Shown here: positions 49,654 to 59,023 of the stretch, piece after piece
How the letters are laid out: every line of letters starts with the position of its first letter
Position numbering within the stretch: the stretch's first letter is position 1
Source of the DNA: Candidatus Methanoperedenaceae archaeon
GTDB lineage: Archaea > Halobacteriota > Methanosarcinia > Methanosarcinales > Methanoperedenaceae
Assembly: GCA_963753595.1 (NCBI GenBank)
Contig: CAVWCX010000030.1
Location: 1-64,000, forward strand
Reading direction: 5' to 3'
Length of the DNA stretch: 64,000 nt
Notes under the pieces: model-generated
The model's database searches: none
The model's input: the letters and a program-made list of their open reading frames with translations, nothing else
What the model was told of the DNA's origin: nothing
Position numbers and translations under genes: made by a program

Positions 49654-50533
49654 AAGTGAAACTGCCTTTTATATCCACATGGTCGGGAAGTTCCCCGAAT
49701 TTTGCCTTTAATATCAGGTCAGCTATCTGGGTTTCCATCACTTTTGATATCCCTATTATGGATGAAGTTGGCCTGGGATTAACATCCACAACATATGGTT
49801 TATCCCCGAGCACTATATCCACGCCTGCATACCCGCGGCATCCCAGTATCCTTGCAGTTCTTGTTGCCACGTCTATTATCTCTTCGTTCCGTTCGCAATG
49901 ATATGGCACCACGCTTCCTTTGTACGAAAATCCGTCTTTAATTTCGATCAACTGCCTGTTTACTGTAAGGGGAAGCTGGGTTTTTCCTGTTATCAAACTG
50001 ACGCTTAAGTGTTCTCCTTCTATGAATTCCGTAGCGATGTAACCTTCTTTTAATTTCCCTCTTTTGCTTCTGTGTATTCCTTCGGAAGCGCAGCCAAATC
50101 TTGGTTTTATCACGAAATCACCATTATATTCCCCATCATTTTCACTGTTTCCAATGGTTTCCGGGACAGGTATATTTTCATGGGAAAGTGCGCGGGTACA
50201 TTCCAATTTATCCGCGCACAGGCGCACTGAATCAGATGGGCACCCGAGGTTCACGGAATTATTTTCAACTATCCCGGTCATTTCCCCCAGGAGTTCATCA
50301 GGCGCAATAACTAAAGCTGCATCACATTCTTTTGACAATTTCCTCAGCGTTTCCTCAAATCCGGTTGTTCTGACAGCCTTTCCTGATTGAAGTTTTACAC
50401 CTGCCGAAGGATAAAATACAAAATGTCCGCATGAAACAAAACTTTTCACAAGGGTATCAAGCATTGCTTTTCCTTCAAGCATGAATTCCTCGATGCCTGC
50501 ACCCACTGCATATTCTGCGACAAGGATTTTCAT
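49598..50533 (-). CDS. mfnD: ATP-grasp tyramine--L-glutamate ligase (methanofuran biosynthesis)
   Basis: EYA..EGKAML, IAPDE, KPRFGCAS, GYAGVD, DVNPRPTSS. Confidence 0.75.
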   Translation of the reverse strand: MKILVAEYAVGAGIEEFMLEGKAMLDTLVKSFVSCGHFVFYPSAGVKLQSGKAVRTTGFEETLRKLSKECDAALVIAPDELLGEMTGIVENNSVNLGCPSDSVRLCADKLECTRALSHENIPVPETIGNSENDGEYNGDFVIKPRFGCASEGIHRSKRGKLKEGYIATEFIEGEHLSVSLITGKTQLPLTVNRQLIEIKDGFSYKGSVVPYHCERNEEIIDVATRTARILGCRGYAGVDIVLGDKPYVVDVNPRPTSSIIGISKVMETQIADLILKAKFGELPDHVDIKGSFTFTKDQLVLKESRNRMLPI

Positions 50534-50559
50534 AGGATAATGTAATGGAGTGGTAAATA

Positions 50560-51100
50560 TTAAAACTGCGGTTTCTTTTTGAAATACCGCTCTTTTTCAC
50601 TGAATATACATCCGCAATATTTTTGCATATAAAGTCCCAGTTCCTTTGATATATCACGGGATTCCTGATATCCTTCCCTGAAATCCTCATAATAGAATTC
50701 GATCCCGGATTGTTCAGCTATTTTTTCTCCAGACCCGCGCGAGTGTATCGTGTTTCTGGTATGGCGAAATGAGAAGTGTGGTCGTGAAAGCATCAAATTC
50801 CAGTTGTTTTGCCATTTTTGCGGTTTCTTCAAGTCTGGCAGTGTAGCAGAATGTACATCGTTCTTCTGCGGCAAGAGCTCCCCTGAGATAGTTTTCTATC
50901 TCGTAATTATTATCGTAGATCACTTTTGTTCCTTTTAACTCCACATATTTTTCCACCGATAACAGACGATTTTTATATTCCTGGTATGGATGAATATTGG
51001 GATTATAAAAAAAAGCTGTTACATCATGTCCTTCCTCCAGCATTCGTTTATGAGGATATGTGAAACACGGGGCACAGCAAACATGGGTGAGAATTTTCAT
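50560..51100 (-). CDS. queH: Epoxyqueuosine reductase QueH (DUF208) homologue; 1-nt frameshift near 50721-50736
   Basis: HVCCAPC, NPNIHP, RCTFCY, TTLLISPYQ in one frame; DFREGY..LYMQKYCGCIFS in the next. Confidence 0.85.
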
Positions 51101-51175
51101 AATATCTATTATCTTGTTTCCTTATACTTTAATATAATACCGACGTGATTTATTCATCTTTTCAATGAGGATTTT

Positions 51176-51916
51176 TTATTGACAAGGATAACTTTTTTCT
51201 TCCCGGTAGTACTGGAAGAGATTTTTGCACCAATCCCTGAATCGGTCGTCATAGCCGAAGATTGCAGTATTATGATCTATCTTTCCATCAGGTCCGGGAA
51301 GTTCCAGCATGCAAAATTTATCGCTTACGATCACTGATATTTTAATCTCGTCCATGACTTTAGTTTCTATCTTTTTCCTGTTTTTTTCACTAAGCAGCGA
51401 ACCGGAGCATTTGTCTTTTGGAAGTATTACTCTTATTTCCACTCCCTCTTCCAATTTATTTTCGATATCGGGCAGATGGTGCCTTGGAAAATCATCGGAC
51501 ATGTACCACATGTAGCTTTTTATACCATCCCCCAATTTTTCATGGGTATTTAATATATTATAGACACCTGTTATTATCTCTCCTGTAGAGAGGGCGTCTA
51601 TTTGTCTCAGGAGATTAAGAGGAATATGTGAAGTTTCATGGTTCAGGAAGAATCCTGATTTCCCGGATATTAAGTCCAGACTTGATATGCTGGATAAAAC
51701 CAGTTTCCCGAAGAGTGTATTATAATATTTGCCATCCCCTTTTTTCTCGATCAACTGGGCTTCTGTTAATCTTGAAAGTTGTCTTGATGCTTCAGTCGAG
51801 TTCATGTCAACTTCTTTGATCAGGCTGGTGAACGTCATCGGTTTTCCATCCAGGGTTTTGAGAATACAAAGCCTGTTTTCTGAAGACAGTTCCGTAAATA
51901 GCTCGTAGATTTTCAT
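51176..51916 (-). CDS. Winged-HTH transcriptional regulator (ArsR-like plus DUF1724-like domain)
   Basis: ELSSENRL..EASRQLSRL..W..LFQYY. Confidence 0.85.
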   Translation of the reverse strand: MKIYELFTELSSENRLCILKTLDGKPMTFTSLIKEVDMNSTEASRQLSRLTEAQLIEKKGDGKYYNTLFGKLVLSSISSLDLISGKSGFFLNHETSHIPLNLLRQIDALSTGEIITGVYNILNTHEKLGDGIKSYMWYMSDDFPRHHLPDIENKLEEGVEIRVILPKDKCSGSLLSEKNRKKIETKVMDEIKISVIVSDKFCMLELPGPDGKIDHNTAIFGYDDRFRDWCKNLFQYYREEKSYPCQ

Positions 51917-51925
51917 CGTTTTTCC

Positions 51926-52000
51926 CTGTTACATTTGTGTAACCTTTGTTATATGTTTTTTGCTAATTTTACATTCATGCCAGATTTTTATTAAGCATTT
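51926..52000. promoter_or_regulatory. Divergent promoter with palindromic operator GTTACA-N4-TGTAAC
   Basis: Palindrome 51928-51943 and tgccagatttttattaagcat block, both conserved at 63112-63182. Confidence 0.65.
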
Positions 52001-52032
52001 CCTGAACCATTTTTCCCCTGGTGATAAGAACA

Positions 52033-52269
52033 ATGGTCGGACACGAATTTGCATTCTATGTGACCCTGAAGCCAAACATGATAAAAGACCTCAAGATCAG
52101 ATGCGATTACAGGGAAGAATTTGAGTTCGGAGGAACCCTGGACGTCGATGAGATCAAGATGGTCGAAGATGAGATCCTGAGGGTCGCGGGTAAATTCGGT
52201 GTAATAGATTTGGGCATTTCGATGTCTGAGTTGAAGACGATCATAAAAAAACAGAGGTTAAAGAAATGA
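52033..52269 (+). CDS. Small hypothetical protein
   Basis: GGTGA RBS then MVGHEFAFYV...; first gene after the shared promoter. Confidence 0.55.
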   Translation: MVGHEFAFYVTLKPNMIKDLKIRCDYREEFEFGGTLDVDEIKMVEDEILRVAGKFGVIDLGISMSELKTIIKKQRLKK

Positions 52270-52384
52270 ACAAACTACACGAAAACACTCGGAATATCCG
52301 TAAATTTGAGAGATTCGGGGAACTCAGAAATAAGGCAATAATTCATGAAGGCAAGAAGCTTGCTGCGATAAAGGGTGATCTGCA

Positions 52385-53551
52385 ATGAAACAGCCAATAC
52401 TAACTCTAATTGCAGTATTTGCTCTCATTTTTATGATCGTTCCTGCTAACGCTGAACTTGAGGTCGTACTGGAACAGCTCTCACCCCAACCCGTTGAACC
52501 GGGGCAGGATCTGACGCTGTCAATAAGGCTAGAAAATGAAAATAGCGATATGGAAAATGTACGTCTTGAGATCGTTCCGGATTCGCCGATTACAATCAAG
52601 AATGAAAACAGGCGCATTATCGATGAAGGCAGGATTGTCCAATATGGCGCCATAACTGAAACCTACCTGTTACATGTCGATCCTCTCGCAGCTTCCGGCA
52701 CATACGAGATCGAATTCAGAACACGCTGGTCTGGCAATGGCATGTCCACTGAAACAAACAAAACCTTCAAGGTATTGGTCAGGGGAGCGCCTCAGCTTAT
52801 GATTTCCAAACTCACAGTAAATCCAGGAGGAATAAGCCCGAAGGATAAAATTGATCTAACGTTCCAGGTCTCAAATGAAGGAACCGGTATGGCACGGGAA
52901 ATTCAGGTAAGTGCCGACATGAGCGATCTGCCTTTTGTATCCCTGGATGCTGATACCAAGGTCATAAAAAGACTTGAACCTGGAGAAAACATTCAATTGA
53001 ACTACCCTATCCAGGTTAAAGACAAGACCGAAATTTCATCCTACTCTATCCCGATTAAAATGGATTATAAGGACGAGAACGGCAAAAACATAAGCTCGAA
53101 AAGTCTTGCAGGAGTCCGGGTTCTTGGTAAAGCAGAACTTGCGATATCAGATATAAAGATCGAACCACAAAATCCGGTAATTGGTGACCTTGTTACTGTT
53201 AATATGCGCATTGAAAATTCAGGAACAGGCGAGGCTAGATCTGTTAAGATAAAACTTGATGCCCCGTTTGAGGGAACAAAATCCGCATTCCTTGGCAAGA
53301 TCAAGCCCGATGACGATGCACCCGGGATTTTTACATTCTACGCAACAAAAGATGGTAATATTCCATTGTCCGCATCGATAGAATATGAAGATGATCTGGG
53401 CATGCGATCTGTCAAAGAATCACTGGATCTTCATGTATATAAACAGAATGAAAATAGCATGATGGCACCTATAGTTGTGGCTGTGCCTGTTATTGGTTCG
53501 ATCGCATATTATCTATCCCGCAGGAAGAAAAACCCGGGCAATACTAAATGA
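52385..53551 (+). CDS. COG1361 S-layer-domain protein
   Basis: Signal peptide, repeated Ig/CARDB-like domains, C-terminal TM plus RRKK. Confidence 0.85.
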   Translation: MKQPILTLIAVFALIFMIVPANAELEVVLEQLSPQPVEPGQDLTLSIRLENENSDMENVRLEIVPDSPITIKNENRRIIDEGRIVQYGAITETYLLHVDPLAASGTYEIEFRTRWSGNGMSTETNKTFKVLVRGAPQLMISKLTVNPGGISPKDKIDLTFQVSNEGTGMAREIQVSADMSDLPFVSLDADTKVIKRLEPGENIQLNYPIQVKDKTEISSYSIPIKMDYKDENGKNISSKSLAGVRVLGKAELAISDIKIEPQNPVIGDLVTVNMRIENSGTGEARSVKIKLDAPFEGTKSAFLGKIKPDDDAPGIFTFYATKDGNIPLSASIEYEDDLGMRSVKESLDLHVYKQNENSMMAPIVVAVPVIGSIAYYLSRRKKNPGNTK

Positions 53552-53560
53552 AGAGGGGTT

Positions 53561-54760
53561 ATGTTCAACAACTTTAAACTTTCTACATTCCTGGCATTGC
53601 GGTCAATGATGAAAGGAAATAAAAGCACACTGCTTTTAATAATCTTCATAATGTCAATGGTCTTTGTAAATCTAGTATTTATAAATTCCATTTTTCTTGG
53701 AGTGACCGAAGCCACCAATAACCAGGTGATCAACTCGCTCTACAGTAACATTGTGATCGAACCAAAAAAGGATGCCAAATATATAAGCGATGTTTATTCC
53801 CTGGAACAAAAGATAAAAAATATCCCTGGTGTAGCAGGCATATCTGCACAATATGTAACAGGCGCCACGCTTTCATTTGAGGATAAACATGGAACATGGA
53901 CAGTTCGCTCTATTGATCCTGATGATGAGATGAAAGTTACTACAAATTATAATTTCCTGATCGCCGGAAAATACCTGAGCAGGCTTGACAGGAACGAGAT
54001 CCTGCTTGGAAAAGAGATCGCAGGAGGATATGGAGGAGATCTTGATTATAGTTCACTTGGAGTTAAAGTTGGTGATAACATAGATGTGCTGTATAATAAT
54101 GGAGTTAAGAAAAGCTACAGGGTAAAGGGAATTTTTGATGCGAATTTCATACAAACCAATACTATGGCATATATCAGCCAGAAAGAGATGGAATCCGTAG
54201 TCGGCCTGGAAGATAAGGCCTCACAAATACTGGTCAAGACCATTGATAAGGGAAATGAAGACAGCTACATTAAACAGTTCCAGGAGATGGGTATTAAAGA
54301 AGAAATAAAACCATGGACTGTCTATTCCGGCATGGTAAAAAACATAACGAACAGCTTTAATATGATCTCAATGATGATATCTGCTATCGGTTTGTTCGTG
54401 GCTGTTATTACTATATTTATTATTGTCTATACCAGTACTATCAGCAAGCGAAAACAGATCGGAATTTTGAGGGCTATCGGAATAGAAGAATCTGTGATAA
54501 TACAATCCTATATATTCCAGGCATTGTTCATTGTGATCTGCGGTATAATTATTGGTTTGATAATTATATTTATTGCAATAAAACCATATTTCATTGAGCA
54601 TCCATTGAAATTCCCAATCGGACTGGCTTCATTACTGATCCTTCCTGAAAGAGTAACATTTAATGCGATCAGTCTGGTTATTGCTGCCATTGCTGCGGGG
54701 TTTATACCTTCCTGGCTGGCTGTGCGAAAGACGATAATAGATACAATATGGGGTGATTAA
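53561..54760 (+). CDS. ABC transporter permease (LolE/FtsX/MacB-like)
   Basis: KRKQIGILRAIG, periplasmic MacB-like domain. Confidence 0.9.
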   Translation: MFNNFKLSTFLALRSMMKGNKSTLLLIIFIMSMVFVNLVFINSIFLGVTEATNNQVINSLYSNIVIEPKKDAKYISDVYSLEQKIKNIPGVAGISAQYVTGATLSFEDKHGTWTVRSIDPDDEMKVTTNYNFLIAGKYLSRLDRNEILLGKEIAGGYGGDLDYSSLGVKVGDNIDVLYNNGVKKSYRVKGIFDANFIQTNTMAYISQKEMESVVGLEDKASQILVKTIDKGNEDSYIKQFQEMGIKEEIKPWTVYSGMVKNITNSFNMISMMISAIGLFVAVITIFIIVYTSTISKRKQIGILRAIGIEESVIIQSYIFQALFIVICGIIIGLIIIFIAIKPYFIEHPLKFPIGLASLLILPERVTFNAISLVIAAIAAGFIPSWLAVRKTIIDTIWGD

Positions 54761-55463
54761 AATGATAAAAATGACAGATTTTACCCATACCCCTCTGGAA
54801 ATAAAGGGACTTTCCAGGATTTATGGAATGGGAGATGTGAAAGTAAAGGCGCTGAATAATGTCTCATTTGAAATTCCGCACGGGGAATTTGTAGCCATTA
54901 TGGGTAAAAGCGGAAGCGGTAAATCAACATTGCTGCACCAGCTCGGATTACTCGATACACCTGCTTCAGGCCAGATCATTTTCGGTGGAAAAAACATACT
55001 TGAGCTGTCCGAATCCGGCAAAGCGAGATTTCGTCTTTCAAAATTCGGTTATGTCTTCCAGGAGTATGCGCTTCTTCCAGAGCTCAGTGCACTTGAAAAT
55101 GTCTATCTTCCTGCAATCGCACTCGGGAGAAATGAAGATGATTATATTAAAGCTGCAACTGTTGTACTTGAACAGGTTGGACTTGGCACAAGGTTGCATC
55201 ACCGCCCCCGCGAGTTGTCAGGAGGAGAGCAGCAGCGTGTTGCGATCGCAAGAGCGCTGATAAACAAACCTGAGATACTATTTGCGGATGAGCCAACTGC
55301 AAATCTTGATACTGCCTCTACAAAACAAATCCTTGAGTTATTCAAGGAATTAAATAAGACCGGGCTGACGATCCTGATGGTGACCCATGAACCCGATGAT
55401 ATGAAGTATGTGAGCAAGGTGATCTGGTTGAAGGATGGAGAGCTTGCAGAGAGGGGATCATGA
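54753..55463 (+). CDS. ABC transporter ATP-binding protein (LolD-like)
   Basis: GKSGSGKST, LSGGEQQR, DEPT. Confidence 0.93.
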   Translation: MIKMIKMTDFTHTPLEIKGLSRIYGMGDVKVKALNNVSFEIPHGEFVAIMGKSGSGKSTLLHQLGLLDTPASGQIIFGGKNILELSESGKARFRLSKFGYVFQEYALLPELSALENVYLPAIALGRNEDDYIKAATVVLEQVGLGTRLHHRPRELSGGEQQRVAIARALINKPEILFADEPTANLDTASTKQILELFKELNKTGLTILMVTHEPDDMKYVSKVIWLKDGELAERGS

Positions 55464-55471
55464 CTATTTTC

Positions 55472-55597
55472 ACCGCAAAGTCAAATATAAATCCCTGGTT
55501 CATAAATGACATGAAAAAAGCAACGAACTGGAACGAACTCCGGTTGCGTTGGTTCGTATGGAGTTCAATGTTAATTTTTTCATACCAGAGCACAAAG
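55472..55597. mobile_element. AACGAAC hairpin MITE-like element copy B (55481-55586) inside an accgcaaag 9-mer array
   Basis: accgcaaAG|tcaaat...ttttttcatacc|AG agcacaaag; reverse-complement homologue of 58836-58970. Confidence 0.75.
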
Positions 55598-55632
55598 TAA
55601 TGCTAAGATTGTTTGAAATAAGGTTGATAAAC

Positions 55633-56424
55633 ATGACTAAAAAGGTTGAAATGAACGAATGGAATCCGGAACAGTATTTACAATTTAGATCAGAAAGGAC
55701 TCAGCCAGCTATTGATCTGGTTTCAAGAATAAATATTGCACATCCCAGATCAATAATCGATATCGGTTGCGGACCTGGAAATAGTACACAGATATTAGTG
55801 AATCGATGGCCGGATAGTGAGGTAGTCGGTTTGGATAACTCGACCGCAATGATCGAGAAAGCAAGACAGGATTATCCAGACCAAAAATGGATCGTTGCTA
55901 ATGCAGAAAATATTGATCCGAATAGCAAATATGACCTTATTTTTTCCAATGCAACACTTCAATGGCTCCCTCATCACGAGACACTTTTACCAGAATTATT
56001 TAATTGTGTAAATCCCGGAGGCGCCATTGCTGTACAGATACCCAAATTTAAGAATATGCCAATTAATGTGGCTATTGAGACTGTAGCAAATAAATGGATA
56101 AACTATACAAAAGGCTGCGAAGAACTTTTTACTCTTAAATATATGGATTTTTATTATGATATTCTCAATAAATTAGCGACAGGAGTTGAATTATGGGAAA
56201 CTTCCTATTTTCATATTTTAAATTCCCAGGAATCTGTAATAGATTTTATCAGGACTACAGGACTGAAGCCATATCTTGATCGTCTGCCAACCGATGAAAT
56301 GAGATATGGATTTGAGCAGGAAGTATTAACAGAGTGTAGAAAATATTATAAAGTACAATCTGATGGCAAGGTTTTATTTCCATTTGATAGAATGTTCTTT
56401 ATCGGATATAAGGGTTTATTATGA
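55633..56424 (+). CDS. tam: Trans-aconitate 2-methyltransferase-like
   Basis: WNPEQYLQF..RTQP, DIGCGPGNST, FSNATLQW, TGLKPYL. Confidence 0.85.
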   Translation: MTKKVEMNEWNPEQYLQFRSERTQPAIDLVSRINIAHPRSIIDIGCGPGNSTQILVNRWPDSEVVGLDNSTAMIEKARQDYPDQKWIVANAENIDPNSKYDLIFSNATLQWLPHHETLLPELFNCVNPGGAIAVQIPKFKNMPINVAIETVANKWINYTKGCEELFTLKYMDFYYDILNKLATGVELWETSYFHILNSQESVIDFIRTTGLKPYLDRLPTDEMRYGFEQEVLTECRKYYKVQSDGKVLFPFDRMFFIGYKGLL

Positions 56425-57227
56425 AAAATATGAATAAGATATCTAAAAAGAAATTGGTTTTCATTGCACTGCTGGCAATTTTTGCAATAATCGTACTGGC
56501 ATGGCTGGCCCCTTTGCAAAGAACTGCAGGGGTACGAATTGGTTTTAGCGTTGGTAGTTCTCAGGGAGCAACAGAAAACAACACCGAAATTGAAATTGTA
56601 AAGGTGCATGGAGAATTCTTTAATGAGGGAGATATAATTGCAAAAAATCTGACTGCTACGGTAATATTTACAGATGATGCCCACAATAAAGTTGTCAGGA
56701 AAACTGTGAAAGAAGGAGTGGATCTGCTCCCGAACAAAAGGTTAATAGTAGAATTTGATTCAGAATATTCAAGAGAGAAGACCATACCGAAAACATATGT
56801 CAACGTTACCGTTCAGTTCGATTATATGGAAAACGGGATTTTAAAAACAACGAGCGATGAACCAGATTCTTCAGACAAGGGGAATAATAACACTGGCAAA
56901 TTAATTTATGGCAACGCTACTGTTGAGAGTATTGAAATGATGGCCCTTGAATCATTTCCCGTTCAGATAAAAGTCAACGCTAATGGCTATCTGCCTGATG
57001 GCTGCACCAAAATAGACGAAATCAAGGAAGAAAAAAAGGATAACACCTTTTTAGTCATCATTAAAACAGTTCGACCTGCGGATATATTTTGCACTGAGGT
57101 TATAGTGCCCTTCCAGGAAGTGATTTCGCTTGACGTTTATGGATTGAAAGCTGGAGAATATAATGTCGATGTCAACGGTATAAAAGGAAAATTCGAATTA
57201 GGAACAGATAATATCATCCGGGAATAA
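56421..57227 (+). CDS. Membrane-anchored hypothetical protein
   Basis: N-terminal TM; C-terminal ESFPVQ..GYLPDGC..CTEVIVPF..GEYNVDVNG domain. Confidence 0.7.
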   Translation: MKNMNKISKKKLVFIALLAIFAIIVLAWLAPLQRTAGVRIGFSVGSSQGATENNTEIEIVKVHGEFFNEGDIIAKNLTATVIFTDDAHNKVVRKTVKEGVDLLPNKRLIVEFDSEYSREKTIPKTYVNVTVQFDYMENGILKTTSDEPDSSDKGNNNTGKLIYGNATVESIEMMALESFPVQIKVNANGYLPDGCTKIDEIKEEKKDNTFLVIIKTVRPADIFCTEVIVPFQEVISLDVYGLKAGEYNVDVNGIKGKFELGTDNIIRE

Positions 57228-57271
57228 TATCTAAATTTGAATTGTAAGTATATTGCAAAATTTAAGAAGAG

Positions 57272-58015
57272 ATGAGTATGGATAAAAATAATAATATCCA
57301 GCAACACTATGATCAGTTGCTTGCCAGGCAATATACATGGGTTTTTGGTGATGTTCAATCAAGAGTCGAGGAAAATAGAATATTGTTTCATTCTTTGGGA
57401 TTGGGAAATGGGGCTGGCGCTCTTGCCGTCGATCTTGGCTGTGGGCCCGGTTATCATTCCCTGGCATTGAGCAACTTGGGATATGAAGTCGTGGCAGTCG
57501 ATTCATCGCAAGCCTTGCTGAATGAGCTGGTAAGTCATGATGATAGCAAAAGGATAAAGACGGTACGTGCGGATATTCGCAAGATCCGTGATATTGTTGG
57601 TTGTCAGGCAAATCTTGTGATTTGCATGGGGGATACTCTTTCTCTTCTGGATTCATATTTGGATCTAACAAAACTTTTAAAGGATGTTCGCCAATGTTTA
57701 TCCGGGAAAGGACTTTTGATTCTTTCATTTCGCGACCAGACTCGCGCATTGGAAGGGATTGACCGGATATTGCCGATCAAGAGTGAACGGGATAGAGTAT
57801 TTACCTGTTTACTGGAGTATGAAAAAGACAAGATTGAAGTAACTGATATCCTGTATAAGTTTGCTGACAGGAAATGGAGCCTTGAGAAGAGTTCTTATAA
57901 AAAGATCCGGATTTTTTCTGAAAAACTGGAAGCCATCATTTGTGACGTTGGTTTTAAGATAATACGGAAAGATGAAAATATTGGGTTTGTGACATTGTTC
58001 ATGGAAAGGGAATAG
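57272..58015 (+). CDS. Class I SAM-dependent methyltransferase
   Basis: AVDLGCGPG, VAVDSS, CMGDTL. Confidence 0.88.
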   Translation: MSMDKNNNIQQHYDQLLARQYTWVFGDVQSRVEENRILFHSLGLGNGAGALAVDLGCGPGYHSLALSNLGYEVVAVDSSQALLNELVSHDDSKRIKTVRADIRKIRDIVGCQANLVICMGDTLSLLDSYLDLTKLLKDVRQCLSGKGLLILSFRDQTRALEGIDRILPIKSERDRVFTCLLEYEKDKIEVTDILYKFADRKWSLEKSSYKKIRIFSEKLEAIICDVGFKIIRKDENIGFVTLFMERE

Positions 58016-58078
58016 TGATGTGTGAAACCCTGGAAAATACAAAAAACCTTATGGGCTCCATAGTTAATTGAAATTAAT

Positions 58079-58747
58079 ATGGCAACGCTTGATCCTACCT
58101 ACTGGGGCTTTTTCGTATTCGGCATTCTTGCGGGCCTTTGCCCCTGCAATACCGTGCTTTGTCTGGCGCTCATAGGCTCGGTGGCAGGCGATGGTGCGGT
58201 TCGATACCCATTTCGGGATTCACTAAGGCTGACCCTGCCGTTTGGCATAGGCACGCTGCTCATTCTTACTCCTCTTGGAGGCATCGTTGCGTACATTGGG
58301 AAAAGCGTAGTACTGTTCAATGCATCTATAGCGTATGCATCCGGTGGTGCCGTGATGCTAATAATGGCACTCCAGCTTTTTGGCGTTTATCATTTGCCTG
58401 TTCGGGATATTTTTATGCGTTTACGTCTGCCGGCATCATTCACTCCTATGGGAACATTCCTGCTTGGCGTTTCATTCGGGGCTATTACCATTGGGAGAGT
58501 GGCTCCAATGCTCTTTTCCGTGCTTGCAGTTGCAGCATTATCAGGTTCGGTTGTATATGGCGTTACTGTATCGTTCCTTTTCGGGATAGGCATGATGCTG
58601 CCCCTTGTAATCATAAGTTCCATCGGTGGTGCAACAGGTAAAACCGTTCGTGGAAAGCTTAAAGATGGAGGCATATTGCTTGATCGTATCCTTGGTATAA
58701 TTATGGTTTTTGCAGCAGGATATTTCTTCTATATGGCAATGAAATAA
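58079..58747 (+). CDS. CcdA/DsbD-like transmembrane protein
   Basis: GILAGLCPC in TM1, 6 TM, FGIG..LP. Confidence 0.75.
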   Translation: MATLDPTYWGFFVFGILAGLCPCNTVLCLALIGSVAGDGAVRYPFRDSLRLTLPFGIGTLLILTPLGGIVAYIGKSVVLFNASIAYASGGAVMLIMALQLFGVYHLPVRDIFMRLRLPASFTPMGTFLLGVSFGAITIGRVAPMLFSVLAVAALSGSVVYGVTVSFLFGIGMMLPLVIISSIGGATGKTVRGKLKDGGILLDRILGIIMVFAAGYFFYMAMK

Positions 58748-58773
58748 CAATTTATATATATATATATTTAAAC

Positions 58774-58980
58774 ACCGCAAAGGGCGAAAAGTACGCAAGG
58801 AACGATTTTCCTAACCTTTGCGCCCCTTGCGTTCTGGTATGAAAAAACAACGAACTAATACGAACTGAAACGAACTCAAGCTACCAGAGTTCGTTCGTGT
58901 TCGTTTATGTTCGTTTATGTTCGTTGTTTTTTTTCATTTTTATTTATGAATCGGGAGGATTCATGGCCGACTTTGCGGTG
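58774..58980. repeat. 9-mer periodic palindrome (accgcaaag-type x3 / ctttgcggt-type x3) interrupted by AACGAAC element
   Basis: Left arm 58774-58800; right arm 58816-58835 plus 58971-58979. Confidence 0.8.
58836..58970. mobile_element. AACGAAC hairpin MITE-like element copy A
   Basis: CT|ggtatgaaaaaac(aacgaac 10-mer)x3...(gttcgtt)x4 gttttttttcat, then small hairpin atgaatc/gattcat, ccga|CT. Confidence 0.8.
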
Positions 58981-59023
58981 AGTCCTTGAATAAGAAGCTA
59001 CCTGGTAATTCAAGTTCAATGAG

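Noticed and set aside
50721-50736. Programmed frameshifting in queH or GxxExxY
   Set aside because: No clear slippery heptamer or stimulator; the window-wide pattern fits homopolymer error
58753-58767. (TA)n microsatellite
   Set aside because: Short intergenic AT run with no evidence of function
58836-58937. AACGAAC and GCGGAT arrays as CRISPR
   Set aside because: Units are 9-10 nt, contiguous and inverted, with no unique spacers and no cas genes
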